The translations under genes and the position numbers were made by a program. Below are positions 13,176 through 25,316 of a stretch of 64,000 nt of DNA, piece by piece. Every line of letters begins with the position of its first letter. Position 1 is the stretch's first letter. The notes under the pieces are model-generated. The model was given only the letters and a program-made list of their open reading frames with translations, searched no databases and was not told where the DNA came from. The DNA comes from Paraspadella gotoi (taxonomy: Eukaryota; Animalia; Chaetognatha), in assembly GCA_051294375.1 (NCBI GenBank), contig CM119264.1, positions 4,179,392-4,243,391 on the forward strand, read 5' to 3'.

Positions 13176-13291
13176 AACGGGCACCAAACAGAAGGCGTAA
13201 GAGACCAAGTATTTTATGCAAGATAATGGGTCTATAAAGGGAAGAAAGAATAATCGCGGAAATGGAAGAATAAAAAACAAAATAAAACAAA
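9975..13291. repeat. Large imperfect fold-back centred near 12430; left arm is an insertion-rich copy of the right arm; probable long-read artefact
   Basis: 10005-10100 mirrors 13170-13270 (CCCTTTATAGACCCATTA/TAATGGGTCTATAAAGGG); 10340-10790 mirrors 12770-13060; 11985-12360 mirrors 12430-12680. Lies between two 25-N gaps. Confidence 0.85.
12530..12570. promoter_or_regulatory. Two GATTGGCCGG (reverse CCAAT) boxes 33 bp apart
   Basis: ATTGG at 12530 and 12563 in identical context. Confidence 0.35.
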
Positions 13292-13316
13292 NNNNNNNNN
13301 NNNNNNNNNNNNNNNN

Positions 13317-13489
13317 ATCACTTGGCATTTTGACCAATCCTTTTTGGTTTAATAGCTTGATCACTCTCTCTCTCCAACCCACTCATGTTTTTTGTCGCTC
13401 ACTTTTATAATGCTCTCTCTGCGTACCGTCGTAAGCAGGTTCTCTCTCTCTCTCTCTCTCATCTCCTAGCTTCTCTCATCTCTCATCGT

Positions 13490-13521
<32 letters not shown>

Positions 13522-14020
13522 CGCTCTCTCTCTTCTCTTCTTTCTCCTCTCTCTCTCTCCCTTCCTTTTCTGGCTCTCCGTCTCAATAGAACAACCCGTG
13601 CATTTTCCTGTTAAATTCCCTTTCCAGAACGCCCATCTTCCCTAAGAAGTCGAAAATCCGTTTCTTTCTCTTTCTAACTGCGTCCCGTTTAAACTTCTCA
13701 AGTTTTCCAGAATTTTTCTCTCGTCTCCTTCTCTCTTTGCTCTCTGCTCGTCACTCTCTCTCTCTCTCTCGTCTCTCTCCGTCTCTCTCTCTCTCTTCAT
13801 CTCTTCTCTCTCTCTTCTCTCTCTGCTCTCTTATCTCTGTCTTGTTTTATTTTCTCTCGTCCAACTGGCGAGCTAGCGCCAGAGGAGAACGTTCGGCGGC
13901 AAATGTCGGAGGTAGAAATGACAAAACTCCTGGTGTGTGGGGAGAGCATGAAGCGGCGTAGATGAAATACAAAAGGGACTTGTTTCCCTTTTCGAATTGC
14001 GTCTTCCAACAGGCTCGTAA
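13317..14020 (+). repeat. Direct, indel-rich duplicate of 24074-24680
   Basis: Shared anchors TTAAATTCCCTTTC, CCATCTTCCCTAAGAAGTC, GCTAGCGCCA..GGAGAACGTT, AAATGTCGGAG, AGGCTCG in the same order and orientation. Confidence 0.9.
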
Positions 14021-14069
14021 AAAATAGAGAGAGGGCGACGCGTGAGAACGATCACGAACTGAGACCGAC

Positions 14070-14104
<35 letters not shown>

Positions 14105-15399
14105 CCCTACATCCGAGCACGAGACGAGGACGCCGGAGGATCGTGATCGGAGCTGAGCACGCAGCTCTAACTTCCAAAGAGGCCCTCACTGCCGACTACG
14201 AACGATAGGAGAGAGAGACCGACATACTATGGGGGACCGACCACAGTGAATATAGAGTCGGGGATAGCGATAGGACGGTTATCTGTTGATAAGCTTAATA
14301 CTTCATTCGATTTTTTTTTTTTTTGTTTAAAATTGTTTTTACCAAGAGAAACGAATTATTTTAAAAGTTGCTTTATAAGGCAGATTCCCTCGCTCTATAA
14401 TTCATACTTTGTTCGGTCTGCGCCGCCTCAGAATATTAGTCGGAGGTACAACGCACACATATATGTCCAGAGTAATTGATTATGATAAATTATGACAAAA
14501 AAACGAGATGTCTGTCTTTCCCTCTGTTCGTCCATAGCCTAACCGACTCTATAATTCAACTCTTTGTGCGGTTCCGTCGGTCCTCCCCCTCAATCATGCC
14601 GGGCATAACTATTTTTCATGTCAGAACATCGAATTATAGATAAAATGATTATGAGCCCAAAAAGATGTCCCGTCCGTCGCACCTAGAAAAAAACACCAAT
14701 TATCGTGATTGAAAGATGGGATGGATTGGAGATTCGCAATTTTAGTGTGTGGAGTTGGTAAGTTCGAGTGGAAATGAGGATTAATGTGAAAAAAAAATGT
14801 CATATTTGAAACAACCGCAAATACTCAGCGAGTAATAGAGATCATTGGCCCAATTCACCTGAAACTTTTGATATGGTGCGGTGAGGAAGTGCCAGTAAAA
14901 AAGAAGCGAATGTTTATAGCTGGCAGTCATAGTTTTATGATAGAATACGTTTGTTGGAAATGGAGTTTAAATGAGAAAAAAATGTAGTACATAAAATTAA
15001 TTAATTAAAAGTTAAATCAGTAAGATCAATTAAGAATTATTAATTATCATTGAATATCAGTCAATGTAATACAGTCGAAAAACAAACATTTCGTTGTGAA
15101 GTGAAATTGACTAATTAATTAATTTGAATTAATTATTATTTAATTACACCAATAATGATCGTCGTGCACTCAAAAATTGTTCCGCCTCTTTTTCTCTCTC
15201 TCTTCACTCACTAAATATTTTAATTTTTGTTCCCTTCATCTCTTCTCTCTCTCTTCACCAACTTTGTCCAACCTGTCCTCACATTTCACCACTGTCCTGT
15301 CTCACATTCTTTTAGCGCAATTTCGCTTCCTCCTCGTCATACTAAATCCAAAAGTCAATTTCGAGAAACACATGAATTTGCTGGAATATTGTTACCAAA

Positions 15400-15445
15400 G
15401 ACACTGATGAAGGCAGAATGAAAGCCGAAACTCTGTCCGGAGTGT
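15400..15445 (+). ncRNA. Minimal type I hammerhead ribozyme core, Penelope-like pLTR type, probably degenerate
   Basis: CUGAUGA (15404-15410), extra A, stem II GGC/GCC (15412-15414/15424-15426), GAAAC (15427-15431), GUC (15435-15437); AATAAA at 15455-15460. Stem I and stem III are imperfect. Confidence 0.45.
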
Positions 15446-16444
15446 ACCATTAAAAATAAAAATCCGGTTGAATGTAGAAAAGACTTCGTCGTTTAATCGT
15501 CAAATTATAAATATTATTTATTCGGATCTCGCTCCTGTTCAGGCAGATCCCGAGCTGTTATAACTTTCACTTTGTCGGGATACCCAGCGTCGGTCCGCCC
15601 CTCAATCTTTTATCGGCATACTAATTCAACAAGTGAAGGCGCCGAGTCGCCGACGGTTGAAACACTTTAATTTATTCTATTCTTTTAATTTAATCTTCTT
15701 TTTTTTTCTCGGTACAAAGTTCGTCTGCTCGATCATTGTTCTTTTTTTTTCAATCCTTTTTTTTAAATCGTTTTTATTTTATCATACAGATTCAATTAGC
15801 CCCTTTCTTCTCATCTCTTACCTTTTCATTGCTTTACCATAGAAAAAACCTGAAACCTTTCATAAAATAACAATGAGAGTTGGGCAGGGAGAATCTCTGA
15901 GAGATTTCGCCGAAAAATTTTACAAATAATTTTTGGGTCGTTTAATTTTAAATTTACGAAAATGAACTATCACTACTGGCTAACAGTTATAATCTGATCC
16001 ATCCGTCCGAATGGAAATTACCTTCCAATTAAAAGAATCATAAAGTTTTCTTATAATGTAGATAATGTTGACGCGAATCAATGGTCCAATTAATTAACCG
16101 AGGAACGTACGCCTGACCTGACGTCGAATGCGTTTGGCTCGAATTAGACTCCGAGTCGAATCAGATAATTGATCTTTCTCTTCTCGTTCGACGCGGTGAA
16201 ACAGAAAAACGCGGCGTGAATGGGCGTGGCCGCCCTGACTCCGTTCTGTGACGACATCGAAAATGGCGCAATTAATCCACGTCAACGAAGAATCTGCGTA
16301 AACCACGCAATCGCCATCGTGACGACGACGACGACCACGACGACGACGACCACGACGACGACGACCACGACGAAGAGAAGGATAACAATATAAAAACAAA
16401 GACTACGACGTTCAATGTCGCTTGCACAAAGATCGGAATCGTTA

Positions 16445-16457
16445 AGGTCAAAGGTCA
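16445..16457 (+). promoter_or_regulatory. Perfect DR1 nuclear-receptor element AGGTCAAAGGTCA
   Basis: Exact consensus; a second DR1 (GGGTCAAAGTTCA) lies at 4441-4453. Confidence 0.4.
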
Positions 16458-18446
16458 ACTGTTGTGAAGTCACGAGTCTCAGTGACGCGCAGTGAAATCG
16501 TAAGAGGAGAAATCCCGTGAATTGACGAAGCGGCGCATTGGTGAGAGGTCAGGATTTCTTGAAAGGCGTTTGTGATTTAGAGCCGATGGGACGAACTTCT
16601 TAAGTTCACGATGCTTGTGAAATGTGAATGAAATAGGATTTTCTGATTAATAAACCCATAAATAATGTTCATTCAACAATATGTTTATCATCCAAATTAG
16701 TAAAAAATTTTTAACTGTTTCACAATTTAAAAAAAACGACGGAAACCAACACAGTGAACTCAGTGCACACAATTTTTTTTCATTTTTCACAAACAACAAA
16801 AATATTTCATTCGAGATAATCTCACTGTTCACTCGCGATCGAAAAAGTCCCTTTCCTCTTATTCAGACTTTCGGCTGCAGAGGCGGGCTTGCGGGACGGC
16901 CTGGCGGCTGCCGGCAGGCGGCGGCGCTGGCGGGCGGCTGCCGGCGGCACGGCCGGGCGCCGGCGGCGGCGGACGGGGGGGTTTGAGTGGAAAGTGGGAG
17001 ACAGCGTGCAAGCGGAACCGGCGAAGCATTTTTAGGTCNNNNNNNNNNNNNNNNNNNNNNNNNNNNNNNNNNNNNNNNNNNNNNNNNNNNNNNNNNNNNN
17101 NNNNNNNNNNNNNNNNNNNNNNNNNNNNNNNNNNNNNNNNNNNNNNNNNNNNNNNNNNNNNNNNNNNNNNNNNNNNNNNNGAGACGCCATTTCCATCCTT
17201 AAAAAAATATTGATCTAATATTGTTTAATTCAATAAATGAAGTCACGTGTCTATCAGGTGGTCGTCAGGGGGNNNNNNNNNNNNNNNNNNNNNNNNNNNN
17301 NNNNNNNNNNNNNNNNNNNNNNNNNNNNNNNNNNNNNNNNNNNNNNNNNNNNNNNNNNNNNNNNNNNNNNNNNNNNNNNNNNNNNNNNNNNNNNNNNNNN
17401 NNNNNNNNNNNNNNNNNNNNNNNNNNNNNNNNNNNNNNNNNNNNNNNNNNNNNNNNNNNNNNNNNNNNNNNNNNNNNNNNNNNNNNNNNNNNNNNNNNNN
17501 NNNNNNNNNNNNNNNNNNNNNNNNNNNNNNNNNNNNNNNNNNNNNNNNNNNNNNNNNNNNNNNNNNNNNNNNNNNNNNNNNNNNNNNNNNNNNNNNNNNN
17601 NNNNNNNNNNNNNNNNNNNNNNNNNNNNNNNNNNNNNNNNNNNNNNNNNNNNNNNNNNNNNNNNNNNNNNNNNNNNNNNNNNNNNNNNNNNNNNNNNNNN
17701 NNNNNNNNNNNNNNNNNNNNNNNNNNNNNNNNNNNNNNNNNNNNNNNNNNNNNNNNNNNNNNNNNNNNNNNNNNNNNNNNNNNNNNNNNNNNNNNNNNNN
17801 NNNNNNNNNNNNNNNNNNNNNNNNNNNNNNNNNNNNNNNNNNNNNNNNNNNNNNNNNNNNNNNNNNNNNNNNNNNNNNNNATCGTCCTTATCTTTGTCCT
17901 CGCTTGATCTTCGAGTTCTGATCCGGTGAATGACGCAAGACGCCGTTAGCGATATGATTCGATTGATTGATTGATTTTGTTTCGCTCGTATATTTTTTTT
18001 CATTTTTTTTTATTTTATACAATAAATAATTTTTTTAGACAGTCCAAATGTGGTTAAAAAAAACAACCCTTATTTGGACTTCCCTGAAAAAATTATTTAT
18101 CAATGTTAATCGAAATATCGGCAAAATATTAAAAACAATACTTGTAAAATCAACCAAAAACTGTCTTATCTAAATATTTTAAAATTGCTTTGATATTTTT
18201 TTCGTTGAGATTTAAAGCGACAATGAATTATTAAAGAATAATTTTAACACTTTTTCATGCTTAATTCTTAAGTTTATTTCCTTTTTATTACGAAAAAAAA
18301 TAACGTTTGAAATTATTTTGTTTATTAGTTTTTCATTCCGCTGAGAACTTTTCCTGTTAATTTTAGGTATTATTATTTTATTATTATTATTATTTTTATT
18401 TTTATTTTTATTTTTATTTTTATTTTTATTTTTATTTTTAATTTTA

Positions 18447-18487
<41 letters not shown>

Positions 18488-19959
18488 ATTGTACGAATTA
18501 TCCGTGAACTAATTAATACAGATACTTTTTGACAGTTTTTATATAAATTTCTCTCAATTATTCAAGTCGCCATATCGTTGTACTTATTATTTACTATCTT
18601 TACTTTAAAAATTAAAACTCAGATTTCGCCATTTTTTTTTTCAGATGACATTTTCCCAAACGTAAAAATCGTAGAGGAGACGAATTTTTACTCATTTTTT
18701 CGTCGTACGAATGCGTGACTTCCTTTTCAAAGATTCCAATGACTTTTTCTCCCCGCGAATCTTTTTTTCAACGACATTTAAGATCATCTCTCTCTCTCNN
18801 NNNNNNNNNNNNNNNNNNNNNNNTGTGGTAGAATCGGCGGACCTTCTTTCCCTATTTAGCCTCTTAGTTCTCCTCGAGGTAACGAGATTAGACGAGACGT
18901 TGAATCACTTCTTCTCCCTTTTCTAATCAAGTTCTTTTTTTTTTCCTCAAGAGCGTTTGTCGCGGGCCGTCGCCCCCCTCACGCCCCCCATCTCTTGCGC
19001 GCCTTTGTTTGCGATAATCGACATTCGTCCGACCTGTGTTGCATAATGCGAACGTTTGCCCCCCATTTCCTATTTCTCTCTCTCTCTCGTCCTCTCTCTC
19101 TCTCTCCTATCTCTCTCCTCGATCTCTGCTCTCTCTTCTCCGTCTCTCTCTCTCCTCTCTCTCTCTCTCTCCCTTGTTATATTCACGGGTTCTGTTTTGG
19201 TTGTATTTTTTCTCTCTCGTTTCCTTGTCGTGACGGGGTCGTTGTCGTCGTCGTGTCGTCGTCGTCGTTGTTGTCGTCGTCGGTCGTCGCCAAGATTAAT
19301 GCTTGTAAATGTTGCGTCGCGTGTGTGAATATAAATGGTTTCTGCCGAGAGTTGCATCGTGTCGTCGTTGTCGTCGTCGCCGGTTTTTTACCGCCGGAAT
19401 AACATTGAAAACGATTGTTTTCAAACAATTTTAAATAATCCTCTTTTCCTTTTTTTTCTCTCGAAGAAAAGGGAGACGATTAAGGTCTTTTCTTCTTTTC
19501 TTATTTTGGCGCGTAAAATTCTCCGTCGCTGGGATTTGCACGTGAGAGTGTGAGTCCGACTAAAGCAATATTTGCCCCTGGAAGGGATGATTCTGCTCTT
19601 GGCTCTGCGTGGGACGGTGAATTGCAATCGGTGAACACAATTCGATCTTTTCTGACTGAGAGAAGACACAGTAATAAAACACTGACAACGATTGTGATGG
19701 ATGTGAAAATGTGTTTCGGCATAAGTAGCTTGAATTTCGTTTTGGTTAAGGATAATTTAATATTTTGATTTGTTATAAATTTGCACTCTTTAAGTAAAAT
19801 ATTAGGTGATTCAAAAGATTACCTAATCGTAAAATTAAAATAAAATCCAAAATATTTTTCGCCAAAGGTGATCAGCTAAACTAAACAAAAAAGTCAACAG
19901 AATAAGTTTTTTGTTTTGTTTTTTAATAGTAAAAATCAAAAAACTCACAAAAGAAAGAG

Positions 19960-19991
<32 letters not shown>

Positions 19992-20472
19992 AGAGAGAGA
20001 AGAGTAGAAGAGAGAGAGAGAGAGAGAAGAGAAGATGATCTTAAATGTCGTTGAAAAAAAGATTCGCGGGAGAAAAATGTCATTGGAATCTTTGAAAAAA
20101 GGAAGTCACACATTCGTACGGAACGAAAAAATGAGTAAAAATCGTCTCCTCTACGATTTTTAACGTTTTGGGAAAAGTCACTGAAAAAAAAAATCGGCGA
20201 AATCTGAGTTTAATTTTAAGTAAAAGATAGTAAATAATAAGTACAGACGAATATGGCGACATTGAATAATTTGTAGAGAAAGTTTATTATAAAAAATGTC
20301 CAAAGAAGTAATCTGTATTAATAGTTCACCGGATAATTCTAACAATTATAGCAGAAAATAATAATAATGAATAATGAATAAGTAATAATAAAATAATAAT
20401 AATAATAATAAATAATAATAATAATAATAATAATAATAAAGTTTTAGAGTCATACATGCCACTGTTTTAATT

Positions 20473-21115
20473 TATGATTAAAGAAAAAACGTCGAATCTT
20501 GATCAAGTGCAGTAAATTTTTTTTTCTTTTAAGAAAACCAATATTTCGATTGCTTATTTAACATGATCAATCGTTCAGGTAAGAGTGAATGAGTTGAAAG
20601 AAGAAAGCTAAGGAAAGAGAGAGAGATAGAGAGAGAGAAAGAACAGCTCCAGCATCGCAGCACTGGGTGCTCAGCCCAATTCGACTGGACACACGGACAA
20701 TCCCTCACAGTCCACGCATCAAAGACCCCATCCAGCCTCAATCCACCGACCTAATAGGGAAGAGGCCTGTGGATCAGGCGCCTCGATTGTGGCCGGCGGG
20801 CAGAGGCTTCACAATGAAGATCATGGTCCTTATTCAAAACCGATGCATGGAAACCGATCCTTATATTCCCTGGGAAGAAATGAGAACTAGACATGAAACG
20901 AGGGGGGGTTGAAGGGATTTATCCCTGTTGTATTGTCTGCTCTCACCTGTTCTCTCTCTCTCTCTAAATCTTCTCCTCTTTCCTTTACTCTCTCTTCTAC
21001 TCACTTCACTCTACCCTGAATCGATGATCTGTCAAAATAAATCGAAATATTGGTTTTCTATAAAAGAAAAAAAAATAACTGCATTGATCCCAAATTCGAC
21101 GTTTTCTTAATAATA
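20473..21115. mobile_element. Foldback/MITE-like non-autonomous element with ~170-bp terminal inverted repeats, within a (TAA)n tract
   Basis: 20473-20646 is the reverse complement of 20947-21115 (AAAACGTCGAAT..GATCAA.TGCAGT..AGAAAACCAATATTTCGAT..GAACAG); ~300-bp unique GC-richer spacer; absent at the homologous site 18365-18487. Confidence 0.65.
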
Positions 21116-21963
21116 GAAGTGAAGGATAATAATAATAATAAAAAAATAATAAAATAATGATAAAATAATAATAATAATAAATTAATAAACTAAAATAACA
21201 AGTAAAGTTCTCAGCGGAATGAAAAACGTAATAAACAAAATAATTTCAAAACGCTTTTATTTTTTTCGTAATAAAAAAGAAATAAATTAAGAATTAAAGC
21301 ATGAAAAAAGTGTTTAAAATTATTCTTAATAATTCTGTCGCTTTAAATCTCAACGAAAAAAAATCAATAGCAATTTTAAAATATTTAGAATAAGAACAGT
21401 TTTTGGTTGATTTTTACAAGTAGTTTTTAATATTGTTGCCGATATTTGATTAACATTGATAAATAATTTTTTTTCAGGGAAGTCCAAATAAGGGTTGTTT
21501 TTTTTAATCACATTGGACTGTCTAAAAAAATTATTAAATAATTTATTTATATTGTAATAAATAAAAAAAAAAATGAAAAAAAAATATACGAGTGAAACAA
21601 AAAAAAATTGAAATCCAATTCAAAAAAAATCGAAAAATCATATCGTAACGCGTCTGCGTCATTCACGCGAATCAAGAACTCGAAGATCGCGGGACAAAGA
21701 ATAGAAGGAACGACGCGACGAACGAGCGCACCGACAACGAGGACGTACGACGTCCTCGAGCGGAACCGACTTGGAATTGAGTCCGGTCTAACTCCTTTTT
21801 TATCTCCTCTCAGAGATCGAGAGAAGAAACGCAGTGGTCATTACGGAGAGGGAGAAGAGAAGAAGAGAGAGAGTAGAGAGAGAGAGAGAGAGCAGAGAGA
21901 AGAGAGAGAGAGAGAAAGAGAGAAGAGAAGAGAGAGAGAAGGAGAGAGAGAAGAGAGAGAGGC

Positions 21964-21999
<36 letters not shown>

Positions 22000-22091
22000 G
22001 CAGTCTCAAGGCTCATGAGTCATCGAAATCAAGTGGAAGACGAAGTCTTTCGGTGACGAAACGTCCGTGACCAAACTCTCTTCTCCTCTCT

Positions 22092-22127
<36 letters not shown>

Positions 22128-22273
22128 GTCTACTCTCTCTTTTCTCTCTTCTCCTCGCTCTCTCTCTCTCTTACTCTCTCTCTCTCTCTCCCATCCATCT
22201 CCCTTCTCTTTGCCCTCTATCTTTCTCAAACAAAAAATTTTTCGTCATCCGAATTGTATCGCTTTCCGTAGTT

Positions 22274-22431
22274 CACGTGTTTCGCGGTTGTTCACAATCA
22301 CGCCAATTGACGTTCTGTTCACGGGAGAAATCACGTGGAGGAATCACGTTGACCATTTACCGGGCGACTAAACTTCACACATAACGAGGTCAATCACGTG
22401 ACTACCCCCTGAACGAACTGATAGACACGTG
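22274..22431. promoter_or_regulatory. E-box cluster (4x CACGTG plus CACGTT)
   Basis: CACGTG at 22274, 22332, 22395, 22426; CACGTT at 22345; not part of an obvious tandem repeat. Confidence 0.45.
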
Positions 22432-24682
22432 GACTTCATTAATTGAGATTAAAATCAAATATTAGACGTCAAATCATTTTTTTAAGGATGGAACAATGGC
22501 GGTATCTCCATTCTCTCCTTCTCTCTCTTCTCTCGCTCTCTCCTCTTCTCCGCTCTCCTCTCTCTCGTCTCCTCCTCTCCTCCTCATCTCTCTGTCTTCT
22601 CATTTCCGAATGACCTACATCTTCGCGGTTCCCTGCAAACTGTCTCCACTCCCGTCAACCCGGCGCCGCCGCAGCCGCCGCAGCTCCGCCTCTGCAGCCA
22701 AAAAGTCGAAAGAGAAAATGGACTTTTCGATCGCGAGTGAAACAGTGAAATTATCTCGAATGAAATATTTTTGTTGTTTGTGAAAAATGAAAAAGATTGT
22801 GTTCAACGAGTTCACTGTGTTGGTTTTCGTCGTTTTTTTTAAACATTGTGAAACAGTTAAATAATTTTTTACTAATTTTGGATGATAAACTTATTGTTGA
22901 ATGAACATTATTTTGGGTTTATTAATCAGAAAATTCCTATTTCATTCACAATTCACAAAGCATCGTGAACTTAAGAAGTTCGCCATGCGCTCTAAATCAC
23001 AAACGCCTTTCAAGAAATCCCTGACCTCTCACCAATGCGGCCGCTTCGTCAATTCACGGGATTTTCCCGTAACATTACGTATTTCACGCGCGTCACTGAA
23101 CTCGTGGACTTCAACAACAGTTGACGCTTTGACCTTAACGATTTCGATCTAGCTTTGTGCAAGGCGACATGAACGTCGGTAGTCTTGTGTTTTTATATGT
23201 TTCCTTCTCCTTCCGTCGTGGTCGTCGTCGTCGTGGTCGTCGTCGTCGGATGGTCGTCGTCGGTCGTGGTCGTCGTCGTCGTTAGGCTCGTCGTCGTCGT
23301 CACGATGGCGAGTGCAGTGGTTTATAACGGCAGATTCTCGTTGACGTGGGATTAATTGCGAAACATTTTCCATGTCCGTCACAGAACGGAGGCAGGGGGG
23401 CTGGCCCAACGCCCCATTGTCCACGCTCGAGTTTTCTGTTCTCATAATCAAACCTGCGTCGAACGAGAAGAAGAAAGACTCAATTACCTGATTCGACTTT
23501 CGGAGTCTAATTCGAGGCCGAAAACGCATCGAACTATCAGGTCAGGCCGACGTTCCTCGTTAATTTAAGGATTCCATTGAATTCGCGTCAAAACATTATT
23601 CTACATTATAATGAAAACTTAATGATTCTTTTTAATTGGAAGGTAATTCCAATTCGGACGGATGGATTCAGATATAATGTTAGCTCAGTATGATAGTTTC
23701 ATTTTCTGTAAATTTAAAAAATTAAACGACCCAAAAAAATTATTTGTGTAAAAATTTTTCGGCGAAATCACTGGTGCGGAGATTCTTCTCCCTCGCGTGC
23801 CCCAACTCTCATTGTTATTTTTAATGAGAAAGGTTTTCAGGTTTCTTTCTATGGTTAATACGCAATGAAAAGGTAAAGATGAGAAAGAAAGGGCTAAATT
23901 GAATCTGTTATGATAAAAAAAAACGATTTAAAAAAAAAGGATTGAAAAAAAAAGAACAATGATCGAGCAGACGAACTTATTACGGAGAAAAAAAAAAGAA
24001 AGATTAAATTAAGAATAGAAATAAAGTAAGGTGTTTCCAACCGTCGGGCGAGTAGGCGGCCTTCACTTGTTGAATCTACTTGGGCATGACAACCCTTTTA
24101 ATAGCTGATCACTCTCGTCTTCTCTCTCACACTGCAATGTTTTTTTCTCACCCTTTTTAATGCTCTCTCTCTCTCTTCCTCTCTCTCTCTCTCGTCTCTC
24201 CTCTCTCTCTCTTCGTCTCTCTCTCTCTCTCTCTCTTTCTCTTTCGTCTCTCTCTTCGTCTGTCCTCTCTCTCAGTCTTTCTCTCTCCTTCTCTCTCCCT
24301 TCCTTTCTGGCTCTCGCTCTCAAAAAAAAACCGTCCGCTCATTTTTCCTTAAATTCCCTTTCTGGACGCCATCTTCCCTAAGAAGTCCCGAAATCGTTCT
24401 CTCTCCTCTTTTAACTGCCGTCGATTAAACCCTCAGTTTTTCCCAGATTTCCTCTTCTCTCTCTCTCTCCTCTCTTCTCTCTCTCTCTCTCTTTCATCTC
24501 TCGTCACTCTCCTCTTTGGTTCTTTTTTTCTCTCCGTCCAGAACGCGACGCTAGCGCCAAAAGGAGAACGTTGCGGAAATGTCGGAGTAAAATGAACAAA
24601 ACCCTGGGTGGGAGAGATGAAGCGTAGTAGAAACAAAGGGTCCTTTTCCCTTTCGAAATGCGCTCAATAGGCTCGAAATGAT

Positions 24683-24723
<41 letters not shown>

Positions 24724-24820
24724 AGAGAGTGAGATGAGAAAGAGATAGAGAGAGATGAGAGAGACGAGAGAGAGAGAGAGAGAGGATAGAAGAGAGAGAG
24801 AGAGGAGAGAAGAGAGAAGA

Positions 24821-24856
<36 letters not shown>

Positions 24857-25015
24857 AATCCATAAAAAAGGCGATAAAAAGAAAGGGGAAAACGTTAAAA
24901 CTGAAAATAGACAAAACAGAAGGAGGGATGGAAAAACGATTGAAGCGGCGACCAACGACTGCGTAAAAGAAGGGCGTGATCCGACGAAACATGAATGAAA
25001 GACAAAAACAGAAAG

Positions 25016-25316
25016 ATTTGCCGATCGGAATACCAAATTCCATCATTTGGGTTGAAGTATACCGTCAATCGGGATGGGATTCTACCAATCGGGAAGAAAT
25101 TTTGCCGATCGGGAAGAAATTCTGACAATCAGGAAAAAAAAATATGTCGATCGGGAAGAAGTACTACTCCAATCGGGAATGAAATTCTTTCAACAGGGAT
25201 GGGATTCTACCAAATCTACCAATCATGATGCTTTTCTGCCAATAAAGATGGTATTCTGTCAATCAGGAGTCCACCTATAAGTGATACGACCAATCGGGAT
25301 GAAATTCTACCGATCG
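25016..25316. repeat. Degenerate ~20-22-bp tandem repeat (CCAATCGGGATGGGATTCTA-like)
   Basis: Recurrent (CA/CG)ATCGGGA core. Confidence 0.85.

Larger units (their letters stand above)
15624..24075. repeat. Inverted duplication: 15624-18798 vs 20034-24075
   Basis: Continuous reverse-complement match, e.g. 17881-18350 vs 21205-21715, 18490-18795 vs 20034-20350, 15840-15985 vs 23680-23850. Differences are mostly 1-3 nt indels; a 25-N gap lies between the arms. Confidence 0.95.

Noticed and set aside
14105-14176. Gapped similarity to Nextera and TruSeq adapter sequences
   Set aside because: Needs many indels and cannot be told from chance by eye; a VecScreen/UniVec search would decide.
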